A stretch of 64,000 nucleotides of DNA from IMG/VR virus record IMGVR_UViG_3300037010_001275, positions 1 through 64,000 of that record; one strand, 5' to 3'. The number at the start of each line of letters is the position of its first letter. Position 1 is the stretch's first letter. This DNA is from a virus. The notes below the pieces were generated by a model, which saw only the letters and a program-made list of their open reading frames with translations, had not been told where the DNA came from and searched no databases. Shown piece by piece: positions 20,472 to 31,247 of this stretch. The position numbers were made by a program, and so were the translations under genes.

Positions 20472-22580
20472 ATGACACATTTCCACAAGTTTCACGATAC
20501 TACTCAGGCGGCTCCCAATAGCCGGAACGAGAATGCTAGTTTCGAACGCCTTGCAACTGATCCAGTTCCCGTTTCCGCCGGTCGTATCTGGTTCAACACT
20601 ACTGACAAGGCGTTGAAGTATTCCTCGCTCGACACCAATGGTGCGGTTGTCGTCCGCACTATCAGTTCCGTCGAGGATATGCAGGCCACCATCTCCACTT
20701 TCCAGACCGCTCTATCCAATGAGGTTTCTCGCGCCCAATCCGCCGAATCTACTCTCACGACTAATTTGTCTGCTGAGGTTGCTCGTGCACAGGCCGCTGA
20801 CGCCGCTTTGGAAGCCGAGGCCCAAGTCCGTGCCGCTGCTGACTCCCAACTGACCAGCGATCTAGCTGTTGAAGTTTCTCGCGCTACGAATGCTGAGGCT
20901 CAGCTTCAGACCGCTCTGTCCAGCGAGGTCTCTCGTGCCACGAATGCTGAAGCTCAGCTTCAGACCGCTCTGTCCAGCGAGGTCTCTCGTGCCACGAATG
21001 CTGAAGCCGTTGAGACGCAGGCTCGTATCGATGCTGACACGGCTGCTGCCGCTGCTGCCGCTAATCAGCTTGCAACCGAAGCAGCCACTCGTCAGGCTGG
21101 GGATACCCGTCTTGATGGTCGCATTGACACTGTTCAAGCCGAGCTGGATTGCACTCAGGCTGGCACTGGTCTGAATGCTGATGGTACGTTCACTGCTCCG
21201 GAGAACACCACTTACCTTGGTGAAGTCGTTACTCTGAAGGCTGCTGGTGCCGCGCTAGATAAGGCTATCACAACTGAAGTCAGCCGCGCTCAGGCAGCTG
21301 AAGCCGCTCTGTCTTCTGCTCTGGCTGCCGAGGCTCAGCTCCGCACTGACGGCGACAACGCCCTGCAAGAGCAGATTGAAGCTTGGGTTAAAACCCAGAT
21401 CGCTCTCGGCGGCACGACTGACGAGAATCGCGTTGCTGCCGAAGCCGCTCTGCGTATCGCCAAGGACGACGCACTGCAAGCTGAGTTGGATCGCACTCAG
21501 GCTGCTGTCGGTCTCGACACTGATGGAAACTTGACTCCCATCACCGGCACGAACTATCTTGATGGTGTTGCGTCTGTCTTTGCCGGTGTCAACGCGCTTG
21601 ACGTGCAACTGAAGGTCGTCACTGACGGTCTGGCCGGCGAAGCTCTGGCCCGTCAGACTACCGATCAAGACTTCCTGAATCATCTGCAGGCTGAAACCAT
21701 TGCTCGCACTTCCGGTGACGTCGCTATCCTCCAAGGAATTGATTTCATGCGGGCTGGTGCTGGCTTAGAAGCTGATGGTTCCTACGCTGCTCCCACAGGC
21801 TCCAACTATCTGAATAGTGCTACCAGCCTGAAGGGTGCCGATTACATCCTTGACGCTGCTATCAAGGTTAACGCTGACGCGATCGCTGCTGAGAGCGCCG
21901 CTCGGGATGCTGCTGATGCTAACGAAGCCTCCCTACGCACTGCTGCTGATACTGCTCTTGACTCTCGTGTGGCCATAGTTGAAGGTCAGGTCAATGGTAA
22001 GATTGGTGACCTGTCCACGCTGGTAACCATTGACAAGAGCACGCTGATTGCCGCTATCAACGAGGTCAGCAGCAGTGCCGCTGCCGAAACAACCCGTGCC
22101 ACCGCTGCTGAAGCTGCTCTGACGTCTGACCTCGCCACAGAGGCTTCTCGTGCTCAGGCTGCTGAAGCCACTCTGACGTCTAATTTGGCTACTGAAGCTG
22201 CTGCTCGTTTGGCTGCTGAAGCCACTCTGACGTCTGACCTCGCCACAGAGGCTTCTCGTGCTCAGGCTGCTGAAGCCACTCTGACGTCTAATTTGGCTAC
22301 TGAAGCTTCTCGTGCTCAAGCTGCTGAAGCTGCCCTGAAGAGCACTATCAACGCTCAACAGTTCACATACATTTCTGATACAGCTAATCTGTCTCACACG
22401 ATCAATCACGGTCTGAACAGCGAACACATCCTGTTCAACATCATGGTTGAAGGTGCGGATGGCAAGTTCCGCACCGACACCGTTTCAGTGGAAGAGCTGG
22501 ACTTCAACTCCTTCCGCATCGAGCTGACTGAAGCTCACCGTGTGAAGGTTGCTGTTTGTGCGATGACAGCTTTGTCTTAG
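20472..22580 (+). CDS. Long coiled-coil fibre protein (tail or head fibre)
   Basis: 18-residue EVSRAQAAEA.L repeats, GL..DG...NYL repeats, C-terminal HGLN domain. Confidence 0.8.
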   Translation: MTHFHKFHDTTQAAPNSRNENASFERLATDPVPVSAGRIWFNTTDKALKYSSLDTNGAVVVRTISSVEDMQATISTFQTALSNEVSRAQSAESTLTTNLSAEVARAQAADAALEAEAQVRAAADSQLTSDLAVEVSRATNAEAQLQTALSSEVSRATNAEAQLQTALSSEVSRATNAEAVETQARIDADTAAAAAAANQLATEAATRQAGDTRLDGRIDTVQAELDCTQAGTGLNADGTFTAPENTTYLGEVVTLKAAGAALDKAITTEVSRAQAAEAALSSALAAEAQLRTDGDNALQEQIEAWVKTQIALGGTTDENRVAAEAALRIAKDDALQAELDRTQAAVGLDTDGNLTPITGTNYLDGVASVFAGVNALDVQLKVVTDGLAGEALARQTTDQDFLNHLQAETIARTSGDVAILQGIDFMRAGAGLEADGSYAAPTGSNYLNSATSLKGADYILDAAIKVNADAIAAESAARDAADANEASLRTAADTALDSRVAIVEGQVNGKIGDLSTLVTIDKSTLIAAINEVSSSAAAETTRATAAEAALTSDLATEASRAQAAEATLTSNLATEAAARLAAEATLTSDLATEASRAQAAEATLTSNLATEASRAQAAEAALKSTINAQQFTYISDTANLSHTINHGLNSEHILFNIMVEGADGKFRTDTVSVEELDFNSFRIELTEAHRVKVAVCAMTALS
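20871..21008 (+). repeat. 54-bp tandem repeat (~2.5 copies) in fibre gene
   Basis: Near-identical GCTCAGCTTCAGACCGCTCTGTCCAGCGAGGTCTCTCGTGCCACGAATGCTGAA units. Confidence 0.85.
22105..22335 (+). repeat. 54-bp tandem repeat (~4 copies, 108-bp higher-order unit)
   Basis: CTGACGTCTGACCTCGCCACAGAGGCTTCTCGTGCTCAGGCTGCTGAAGCCACT alternating with the ...TCTAATTTGGCTACT... variant. Confidence 0.85.
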
Positions 22581-22614
22581 TCAAAATAACTGGGGATGGG
22601 TCTATTGATCCATT

Positions 22615-22648
22615 CCCTAGTTATTTTAATGCCCTAGTTATTTTAATG
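22615..22648. repeat. 17-bp tandem duplication at the 3' arm of a terminator
   Basis: CCCTAGTTATTTTAATG x2. Confidence 0.85.
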
Positions 22649-22917
22649 CTAAGGCTCTTTCAGTCATTGGGGACTCTTCCATAGCAAGGGCATGGAGGAT
22701 CCGATAGAACCCAACTACATGGTCACATCCTTCACATGTTTCTGACGCGGCAATCCATTTGACTTCCGCTCAGAATGTGTTTCTGGATGCACTCGTCATC
22801 GGCGGTGATGTTGTTCTCAATGTTAATGTGGCGTTCTGATGAATTGGGAGGCAAAGATCAACCTTCACCTCTCTCAACTTATAAATAGTTTTCAAATGCT
22901 ATCAGCTGGAGCAATCT

Positions 22918-24375
22918 ATGCCGAAAATTTCTATTGTCCCATATCGTGTGGCAGACCAGAGCGACACAGCTGGCTTGGCACTAGCCAAATCTGGTGAGCT
23001 CTTCCTTGCTTCCAATACCGGGCGTACGCTTTATAAGAAGAACAGCGATGGCTCTCTGCTCGAGGGCCTGCTAGAAGAAACGAAATCTCGCCCTGCTGTC
23101 AAACCAGCATTAGTTGCGAATTTTGTCAATGCGAAATATCTGAATGCTATGTTCGATTACTCGCGCAGTAGCACTGGCACTTACTTCAGTAAGCAAGGAA
23201 ATCTCGTCACTGCAGCCATTGGCGAACCGCGCTTCGAGTACGACCCAGCCACCCGCATGAGTGAGGGTTTACTTTTAGAATCCTCCGCCATCAATTTCCT
23301 ATGCAATTCCGACAGTCTCATTGGTCCACAGTGGAGCCTTAGCAATTGCACGGAGATCGCAAATGCAACAGTATCGCCGACCGGCGATATAAATGCGACC
23401 AAGATTGTTGAGAGTGCAGATGCAACTGCAGTTTGGCATCAGCTTGGGCAGTCGTACAACATTACTTCATTACCGACCTCCCAGGTCTACATGACATCGT
23501 CCGTCTTTGCCAAGGCAGGAGAGCGTTCTACGCTTTTGCTCCAAATCACTGGTGGTGTCAACTCGCAAACCTCCGGCGTTCGAGCTATCTTCGATCTCGC
23601 AAATGGAACTGTGTCAACGCCTTTCCAGTATAGCGAAGTTACGACGACCATGACAAAGGCTACAATCACCCTCTGCAGTAACGGCTGGTACCGATGTGTG
23701 GTAAGTGCCATGCTTCCCGACGGCTCCAACCGGTTCAACTGGACAGTGATGCCAACGAAGTCCACATCATATCCTGACGGTCTCAACTATGTTGGTGATG
23801 GCGTAAGCGGTTTATACCTCTTCGGTGCTCAAGCTGAGTACTCCACTGGACCTACGTCATATATCAGTGCTGGAGATTCCCCCGTATCACGGTCTGCTGA
23901 CTATCTCGTCCTGAAGGACGGCAAAGCCGGTGCGATCCTTGGGGGTGAAATGACCTTCTTCGTTGAATTTGATCAAAACTTCTCCGAATCCGAATGGGGC
24001 CGCATTGTTTCTGTCACGGAAAACGACACGTCAGATTCTTGGCACAACGAATGGTGCCTTATGTACAACCAGACTGCGCAGATGCTTTACGTAGGTGGGC
24101 AGACCAATGGCGTCGCTCTAAATAACTCTGCAGGTGTCCCAATTGCAGCGAATATCATCCAGCGTGCATGCTTTGGGTACAGTAAGACTGCGTCATGTGG
24201 ATCCATCAACGGCTCCAATCCATTTACCAATGATGGATTGTCACTCAACGCAACTATCTTACGACTTGGCAATCGTCCTGGCGGCGATGAGGAACTTAGT
24301 TGCCATATTCGTCACTTCGTTATTTATCCCAGTCTGCTTGCAGCCTCCGAGATGAAGGCTCTTAGCACCCTGTAA
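22918..24375 (+). CDS. Fibre / receptor-binding protein with lectin-like (ConA/LamG-type) domain
   Basis: YSRSSTGTYF...EPRFEYDP...GLLLE, NGWYRC, GAQAE...PTSYI....SRSAD. Paralogue of 24482-26953. Confidence 0.75.
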   Translation: MPKISIVPYRVADQSDTAGLALAKSGELFLASNTGRTLYKKNSDGSLLEGLLEETKSRPAVKPALVANFVNAKYLNAMFDYSRSSTGTYFSKQGNLVTAAIGEPRFEYDPATRMSEGLLLESSAINFLCNSDSLIGPQWSLSNCTEIANATVSPTGDINATKIVESADATAVWHQLGQSYNITSLPTSQVYMTSSVFAKAGERSTLLLQITGGVNSQTSGVRAIFDLANGTVSTPFQYSEVTTTMTKATITLCSNGWYRCVVSAMLPDGSNRFNWTVMPTKSTSYPDGLNYVGDGVSGLYLFGAQAEYSTGPTSYISAGDSPVSRSADYLVLKDGKAGAILGGEMTFFVEFDQNFSESEWGRIVSVTENDTSDSWHNEWCLMYNQTAQMLYVGGQTNGVALNNSAGVPIAANIIQRACFGYSKTASCGSINGSNPFTNDGLSLNATILRLGNRPGGDEELSCHIRHFVIYPSLLAASEMKALSTL

Positions 24376-24481
24376 GGATGTGATCCGAGGGAATCCTCGG
24401 ATCACCCCTTCTGGCAGAAAGTGCCTATGATAACAATGATATAGTTACTCTCTTGCACCGTTCTAACCAAAGGATTTAATT

Positions 24482-26953
24482 ATGGCAAGACTTGTTCTGA
24501 AGCCTCTGAGGGCGTCTAGTGTCTCTGACACGACCACCCTCAACAAAGCTTCCAATGGCGAGATCATCATCGATGACTCGACCGGCAAAGTTCTGTACAA
24601 GAATACTAGCGGCACCATCCTCGAAGGCATCATCGAAGAATCAAAAAGCCGCTATAAGCAATCCCCGTCTCTCCTCGCCAACTTCGCCGAAGGCAAGTTC
24701 TTGGATAGCCGCTTCAGCTTCTCCCGCAGCTCCGTTGCGACCTACTTTAACGCAGCTGGTCGCATTGCGTACGCGAAGAACGACGAGCCGCGCTTTACGC
24801 ATGACCCGAAAACCGGCGAATCTCTTGGTCTTCTAATTGAACCGCAGCCGAAGACCAACTACATCACGTCGAACCAGTTCCACACGAATCGCCATGACGA
24901 GCCTGTGTACCCGGCACGTATCGAACTGGAGAACACCATCCAAGGTCCGGACGGATCCTACGGTCAGGCTGCTCTTGTATTGAGCACTTCTGATATCGTC
25001 CAGGTTCAGAACATCCGTGCATATACACCCATCACGTCATCCTGCCAGAATTGGACGTACTCGGTCTTTGTGAAGCAGCATAGCAGCCGCTACTGTGCTC
25101 TTGGTATCGACATTAGCCTGAATTCCGCGTACAAGGCCGTGTTCATGATCTTCGACTTCACCGACAAGGTGCTACGTCAAGATAGTGCGAGACCGGCCTT
25201 GGGTGGAACTGTGACCGAGATGAAAAACGGCTGGTATCGGTTGTCGATCACGATCGACAACACGATCAATGCTAATATAGCTCACTGCTTCTTCTTTCCC
25301 GCTGTCAATTCTAGTAATGCCGTTACTGGGATGGACATTGGCACGACTGCAGGTACCTACGTTTGGGGGTCTCAGCTCGAGACCGGGAACATGCTCAACA
25401 GCTTCATTCCGTCTGTTGAGACTCTGTCGTCTCGCGCCTCCACGGCTACATACATCGACAGCGAGACTAGCCTACTAAAGATTGCTCCTGCTAATGTCGG
25501 TCGTCCGGTTTTCAACCCAACTACACGCGTTAATCGCGGTCTGCTAATCGAAAATGCTGCGACAAATATGTTGCTGCAGTCGAATAACTTCACCGATACT
25601 GTTTGGCCAACCGCTGCGTCCTCCGTTATTGCTGCCAGCACAACTGGCCCTGATGGTGTTGCTGCATCCGCATCCTCTCTGATTGAGGAGTCCAGTTTAA
25701 AACCTCACTACATCAGCCAAGCCGTTAGTGGACTTCGAAAGAATGGAATTTATACATTATCTATTTTCATGAAGGCTGGAAAGCGCGGCATTATCGGCGT
25801 ATTAATGTGCGATATACCATGGAGTAATGGCAGTGATGCTGGTGCTATATTCAACCTGTGGACTGGTAAGATGCTCAAAACTTATGAGTCGAATCCAGCA
25901 ATTAAGAAAGTACTTCGCACTGACATTACACCACTGGCTAACGGCTGGTACCGTTGTTCTGTAACGTTTCGTCATTTGAGCAATGCAACCTCTATGTGGC
26001 TTCAGTTTAACATGTATGAGTCTGCTAGTAACGTGAGCCCAGTTTATAATGGCGACGGCACAAGCGGTGTGTTTATGTACGGCGCTCAGTTAGAGGCTGG
26101 CTACGCCGACCTCATCTCCTCCGGCACTATTACAGCTATATCCACCGATGGCTTGACGCTCACACTGAGCTCCGTCCTTAGCACGAGCACGTCGACGTTA
26201 TATGTCGGTAAATACATCGAGATCGGTGGCGTGTACCGCAAGATCACAGCGTTTGACACTGCAGCGTTGGCGGTTACAATCAGCGAGGCATATGCTGATG
26301 GGGCTGTTACAGCTGGTGTTGCCTTCACGATCAACCAAGTCAACGGTTTCGTGACGTCATATATCCCGACCACCACTGCTCAGGCGACTCGCTCCGCAGA
26401 TGTTGCCTCGTACCCGACTGCGACCCGCGCAGCTGAAACCTTCAGCCTTCCGTCCAATGCCTTCCTTGATTTATATGATACCAGCAAAGGCGGTACGCTT
26501 GTCGTCGATATGCGCCCTCTGGCTCTGCCGCTGAGAAGCACAGGCGGTGGCAATGCTATCTCTAGTGGTATCAAGATCGGTGGTACCGGTACCGGAGTTG
26601 ATATGCGATTTATCGCAGACGGTTCCAATCCATATGCTGATGCATTTTATACCAGCAACGCGACTGCTGTATTTGATTCGGGCAATTTCAATCTCACAGC
26701 CGCAAATCAGCTGGTTCGCCGCGCCATGACCCACGGTAATGGCAACATCGGTGAGGCGATAAATGGCAACGAGATCGACTATGGTACTGGGGCTACGACT
26801 ACTTTCAGCGTCGAGAAAATCAATCAGCTGTATGTCTTTGGCACCGGTGAGAATATCTACGGTAACGCGTCGTTCGGCATGATTTTTGGCAAGATGATAT
26901 ACATCCCCGATCTGCTCACTGCGAATGAGCGTAAGATCATCACGTCTGTTTAA
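24482..26953 (+). CDS. Fibre / receptor-binding protein with duplicated module
   Basis: Same N-terminus as 22918. The GLLIE...NGWYR...G.QLE module occurs twice. Confidence 0.75.
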   Translation: MARLVLKPLRASSVSDTTTLNKASNGEIIIDDSTGKVLYKNTSGTILEGIIEESKSRYKQSPSLLANFAEGKFLDSRFSFSRSSVATYFNAAGRIAYAKNDEPRFTHDPKTGESLGLLIEPQPKTNYITSNQFHTNRHDEPVYPARIELENTIQGPDGSYGQAALVLSTSDIVQVQNIRAYTPITSSCQNWTYSVFVKQHSSRYCALGIDISLNSAYKAVFMIFDFTDKVLRQDSARPALGGTVTEMKNGWYRLSITIDNTINANIAHCFFFPAVNSSNAVTGMDIGTTAGTYVWGSQLETGNMLNSFIPSVETLSSRASTATYIDSETSLLKIAPANVGRPVFNPTTRVNRGLLIENAATNMLLQSNNFTDTVWPTAASSVIAASTTGPDGVAASASSLIEESSLKPHYISQAVSGLRKNGIYTLSIFMKAGKRGIIGVLMCDIPWSNGSDAGAIFNLWTGKMLKTYESNPAIKKVLRTDITPLANGWYRCSVTFRHLSNATSMWLQFNMYESASNVSPVYNGDGTSGVFMYGAQLEAGYADLISSGTITAISTDGLTLTLSSVLSTSTSTLYVGKYIEIGGVYRKITAFDTAALAVTISEAYADGAVTAGVAFTINQVNGFVTSYIPTTTAQATRSADVASYPTATRAAETFSLPSNAFLDLYDTSKGGTLVVDMRPLALPLRSTGGGNAISSGIKIGGTGTGVDMRFIADGSNPYADAFYTSNATAVFDSGNFNLTAANQLVRRAMTHGNGNIGEAINGNEIDYGTGATTTFSVEKINQLYVFGTGENIYGNASFGMIFGKMIYIPDLLTANERKIITSV

Positions 26954-26964
26954 GGAACCAAGAA

Positions 26965-27285
26965 ATGAAAGACTACTTCCTGAAGTTCTCTTCGAAGGCT
27001 ATTGCAGAGCAGACCCTCAAGGCCGCTGGCTTCGTCAGTCAGAACATGCTCGGACAGGAGTTCATCCAGACTGCCAGCAAGACCGTCGCGATCGATCTGG
27101 TTGGCGACATCGTTCTGCCTGGTCAATACGCCCTCAATGGCGACCAGTTCGTCGAGGTCGTGGCTCCTGTTGCCGTCCCCGGCTACCATGTCAACATCCG
27201 TGGCGAGCTGAGCGAATCACAAGAAGCCCTGCTGGCTCCCTACATCATTGAAGCCCCGAAGAATCCCCGTCGCGTCTTCGCCTAA
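26965..27285 (+). CDS. Small fibre-associated protein or chaperone
   Basis: DYFLKF...GYHVNIR...P.NP.RVFA pattern common downstream of such fibre genes. Confidence 0.6.
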   Translation: MKDYFLKFSSKAIAEQTLKAAGFVSQNMLGQEFIQTASKTVAIDLVGDIVLPGQYALNGDQFVEVVAPVAVPGYHVNIRGELSESQEALLAPYIIEAPKNPRRVFA

Positions 27286-27359
27286 GGGCGGAAAAGTGAG
27301 CGGAAGCGCAATGTCTCCCCGCTCACTTCTTCATCAACCATTCGTAAAAAGGATCAAAA

Positions 27360-28568
27360 ATGGCTAATCTCATTGGTACCGCACCCAATCAGGTGCCGAC
27401 CAACGCGGACCTGGGCCGCTTGGCGTTTATTGACGCCCTGCGGACGCAGGATGTCGGCGCTCTGCCACTGTCTTTCGCCGACATCTGGACTCTGGGCGAT
27501 AAGGATGTGACGACGATGATCAACGTCGGTCCGAATCGCACTTACACATCCATTCAGTCTGCCGTCAACTCTCTCGAAGGTAAGGCTATCAGGGGTACCG
27601 TCAAGATCAAGGTCGATGACGGTACCTACAACATGGGCGCTAGTCTGTTGATCGATGGTTTCTACGCGTCTTCGAACATGAGTAAGGTCATCATTGAGGG
27701 TAATGTAGGCAATCCGCAAAACTGTGTACTGCAGTTCACAAAGGACACGAATAACCTTGTGCACGGTGTTATGTGCCAGAAATTTAGCGGACAACTGCAG
27801 TTTTCCGGTTTCCGTCTCGTCGGTGATCCCTCTATTCCTCTGACAAACAACTTCCGTGGCATCCTTCCATTCATTGGAGCGGCAGTCTGGTCACTGGACA
27901 ATTCCCTGATAATCGATGGTTTCAATAACGGTATCGAAGCCTACGGTCGCTCACATGCGCACTTTTTTTATGCACGCATTGTAAATTGTCTACATGGCGT
28001 AACTGCCGCTAGTAACAGTCTGGTTGAAGTTGACTTCAGTTCAATTACTGGTGTTGGCGTAAAGTATAATAATCAGGACATTGGACACGGCGTCTGGGCA
28101 TCTGGCGGTGGTGTTATCTCCGCCAATGGTGTGACGATCACCAACACGAACCAAGGCGCGGGTGCAACTGAAAGCGGGGTTGTCTATACTAACAACGCAG
28201 TGATCTCCAACTGCCGCCGTAATATTGCGGCGTACCTCAGAGGCATAGTTTATAGTGATAGTGCCTCGATCTCTACATCCACCGATCGGTTAGTTCTGGC
28301 AGAGAATGGTGGGACCGTCAGCATTCCCAACTGTATAGTCGATGGTATTGACAAGACCGCCTACGGTGTTTATGCGTTGCACGGTTCCTTCATCAATGCG
28401 TATAACTGCACGGTAAAGAATTGTCTGACGGCATATCAAGCTGAGCATCTCAGCGCAATTCGTGCTGAGGGCTCCAGTGGTGCCGGCAGGCTGGTTAACA
28501 ATACGAACAACTACAATTCTAACCCCAATGCTGTGAACTCCAGTGGCGGTTACATCTTCGCCTCATGA
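27360..28568 (+). CDS. Tailspike-like right-handed beta-helix protein
   Basis: N-terminal IGTAPNQVP.N.DLG.LAF motif, YTSIQSAV...DGTY, parallel beta-helix-like repeats. Confidence 0.75.
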   Translation: MANLIGTAPNQVPTNADLGRLAFIDALRTQDVGALPLSFADIWTLGDKDVTTMINVGPNRTYTSIQSAVNSLEGKAIRGTVKIKVDDGTYNMGASLLIDGFYASSNMSKVIIEGNVGNPQNCVLQFTKDTNNLVHGVMCQKFSGQLQFSGFRLVGDPSIPLTNNFRGILPFIGAAVWSLDNSLIIDGFNNGIEAYGRSHAHFFYARIVNCLHGVTAASNSLVEVDFSSITGVGVKYNNQDIGHGVWASGGGVISANGVTITNTNQGAGATESGVVYTNNAVISNCRRNIAAYLRGIVYSDSASISTSTDRLVLAENGGTVSIPNCIVDGIDKTAYGVYALHGSFINAYNCTVKNCLTAYQAEHLSAIRAEGSSGAGRLVNNTNNYNSNPNAVNSSGGYIFAS

Positions 28569-28582
28569 CAAGGAGAAATGAC

Positions 28583-28828
28583 ATGAATTTTCCTCAGCCC
28601 TCCGACAATACCTATGCAATGGAATCTCCTGTTGATCCGATTATTCAATCTCGCTATCTCTGCGCAGATCACATTGCCAAGTTCTACCCAATGTGGAAGC
28701 AGATAAACGTGGTTCGCTCCGGCAATGCAGCTGAAATTCAGAAGATGGGTGCCTTTATTGATGCCTGCCGAAACTGGTCTAACCAGTCCGATCCGAAGCT
28801 CGAAGATCTGACCCAGATCGCTCCGTAA
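28583..28828 (+). CDS. Small tailspike-associated protein
   Basis: AAGGAG SD. YP.WKQ.N...FIDA.R..SN pattern. Confidence 0.6.
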   Translation: MNFPQPSDNTYAMESPVDPIIQSRYLCADHIAKFYPMWKQINVVRSGNAAEIQKMGAFIDACRNWSNQSDPKLEDLTQIAP

Positions 28829-28942
28829 GGTAATGCGGCAAAGCCCCGTAGGACTCCAGTCCTACGGGTTTTTCTTTTTTGTATAGGCGGCGAGATAAAA
28901 ATCTTTACTATTCCTCAGTAATGAGCTAATAAGGAATCTGAA

Positions 28943-30781
28943 ATGAGTAATCCTATTTTCAAGTCGGGTGGTAAATTTTACATTGAGGAGGTGGTTAATG
29001 GGAAGCTGATGTTGCGCGAGGTAAACCCTTCGTCCATCGTCAATCCTACCCCTCCCTCCAGTGTCGCCATCAACATCGATAACAAGATCAGTGAAGCCGT
29101 CGAGAAAATCCTCGACAAAACTGACGACCAGATCATCGATGACCGTATTGTCAAACACGTTGCACCAGTTGTCGCCGAGTTGCGCCAGCCCCTCGAGATC
29201 TGTGAGCTGCATGATGCTGGTAGCTTCGAGTATGAGGCTGAGAAGTTCCGCTGGCTTGGTCAATCTGGGATCATTGGTACGCGTCAGTATAGCTATGGCG
29301 GCACGAAAGCATATCATCGTCCCTTCGATATCGCCTATAACCCCATGAACATTCATACGCACTCCAACTACCTTGGTCTTCAGGGTATGGCCGAGCTCGT
29401 GCTGTCTGTGAACGGGTATTACATCCGCACTCGTCATAACGACTACCGTGACTGGTGTCCGCACTCTTCCTCGAACGCCTATGAGGCAATTGAACGCGCC
29501 CCACGCCCGATAGTACCACCAAGTATCGTTGGTACCGTCCCCGAGCAAATCAATTTGATGCGTGATCTGTACTCCCGTCTGTACAACACTCTTCAAGAGA
29601 ACACCGGTTCCAAGCTGACTTCCGCCGAGAAGAGCTTTTTTCGCTGGGACATGGCATACGCTGAGATCTGGTGGGAGGTTCTCACTGATGATACGGTGAA
29701 CGATCCCGGTAACGCTACTCGCCACACCAATGCCTCCAACAGTGTTCGTCAAATGCTGCGCGAAGCACAGTTCTATAACTACGGCGGCCATAAGAACCGT
29801 TTCGAGAACACTGGTTTCTGGGTCGCAGCAGTCAAAGAAGTTAGCGTCGACGGTAAGCCTGCCTTCGCAGTACTTAAGTTCCGCATTCTAACTATGCCTG
29901 TTGCTACACTGACCGACTACCTACCAAGCCAACTGTTTAGTCACGTTAAGGACTATAAGACTCTGATGCGTCGCAATCTGAATAACTTCGATTCGCTAAA
30001 GAATTCTGCTTGGGGCCGATTCCATATCAAAGAGGGTCGCGATACATACGGTTTGCTCGATCAACTCGTGAACAAGATCCCAGGTCTGGATAACGGTATG
30101 GCAAACTTGACTGAGATGTATACACATTACGGCGTGACTGAGACCATCTATAACATGTCGAACTCCGCTGTGAATAATGCTGGTAAATACTTCCGATATT
30201 CTTATATCCTCTTGGACGCCTCTGGCCGCGATATGGAACGACGTGGTTTCAATGATCCATACTTGTTCGTTGCTATGAACACGCAGGATAAGTGCAAGAA
30301 GTACTCAATCAACGGTCGCGATTACCGCTTTTCGTACATGATCCCGCTGGAGATGGTACTGCGCCACCCGCTCGAAGTTTGGAATCCCTACCAGATCCCC
30401 GAAGCCGCAGAGTTCAACAACGTGATTGGCGACGGTACTGACTCCAACCCGTTCAATGCCGTCTGCCAAGATATCCTTTGGTATCTGACCCCAGCAACGT
30501 TCTTCGGCAGCCGTATCGATGGCGATGCCGCCGACACCACTCAGAACAATCGTTATTACCGTGGCTCTGATAGTGTGGTGCACAGCACTAAAGCTTCTGG
30601 TACATACATCTTCCTCCCTGAAATTAAAGATGATAACGGCTCTACGCTTGTTCCGAATAATGGTATTCGTATTCGCTGGCCAATCTACCCCAGCTTTCAT
30701 GAAGGTTCTTATGCCTTTGCAGAGTTGGAAGCATTCAAAGATTACTTGATTACATCTAATGTAATGAACAATCCATCCTGA
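28943..30781 (+). CDS. Uncharacterised 612-aa protein (RTRHNDY family)
   Basis: Long ORF with optimal codon usage. See findings. Confidence 0.75.
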   Translation: MSNPIFKSGGKFYIEEVVNGKLMLREVNPSSIVNPTPPSSVAINIDNKISEAVEKILDKTDDQIIDDRIVKHVAPVVAELRQPLEICELHDAGSFEYEAEKFRWLGQSGIIGTRQYSYGGTKAYHRPFDIAYNPMNIHTHSNYLGLQGMAELVLSVNGYYIRTRHNDYRDWCPHSSSNAYEAIERAPRPIVPPSIVGTVPEQINLMRDLYSRLYNTLQENTGSKLTSAEKSFFRWDMAYAEIWWEVLTDDTVNDPGNATRHTNASNSVRQMLREAQFYNYGGHKNRFENTGFWVAAVKEVSVDGKPAFAVLKFRILTMPVATLTDYLPSQLFSHVKDYKTLMRRNLNNFDSLKNSAWGRFHIKEGRDTYGLLDQLVNKIPGLDNGMANLTEMYTHYGVTETIYNMSNSAVNNAGKYFRYSYILLDASGRDMERRGFNDPYLFVAMNTQDKCKKYSINGRDYRFSYMIPLEMVLRHPLEVWNPYQIPEAAEFNNVIGDGTDSNPFNAVCQDILWYLTPATFFGSRIDGDAADTTQNNRYYRGSDSVVHSTKASGTYIFLPEIKDDNGSTLVPNNGIRIRWPIYPSFHEGSYAFAELEAFKDYLITSNVMNNPS

Positions 30782-31247
30782 TTTCGGGATAATCAGACGA
30801 TCAATTAAGATGACAATTCTCATTATTCTGAGAATTGTCATCTTCATTTTATTTGAGGTATTCTCTACACCTACATCTGTTTCACGATCTTCTTTATCAC
30901 TTTGCCAGAAGTATTAGCTTTTGGCAGATGGTCTTCAACTAGATAGATGATGCTCTCTGCTCCAAGTACAATCTTAAGATAGAGTGAGCATGACCCTTTT
31001 GAAAATCCGAGAGCATCGTCTTGACCGTTGGAGTAGACAAGTTTTCACAAAAAAAAAAGAGATAACCCCATAACTAGCTAGTTATGGGGCCTCTTTTCAG
31101 TCATGATTTTTCCAGAGCCATCAATATTTTCACTTAGAAATTTGCATTAAGCTTTACGAGTTAACTCTCTCCTTCTATTTGATGTAACTGAGCAAAAGTA
31201 TGATTTTCATTTCTGGAGAGGTTTCCAAGTTCCCATGTTACCTTCTT

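Noticed and set aside
20871-22335. Regular repeats as a CRISPR array
   Set aside because: They are in-frame 54-bp coding repeats with no unique spacers and no cas genes.
22918-26953. Diversity-generating retroelement or shufflon among fibre paralogues
   Set aside because: Similarity is at protein level only. No adenine-specific TR/VR pair, reverse transcriptase or invertase was seen.
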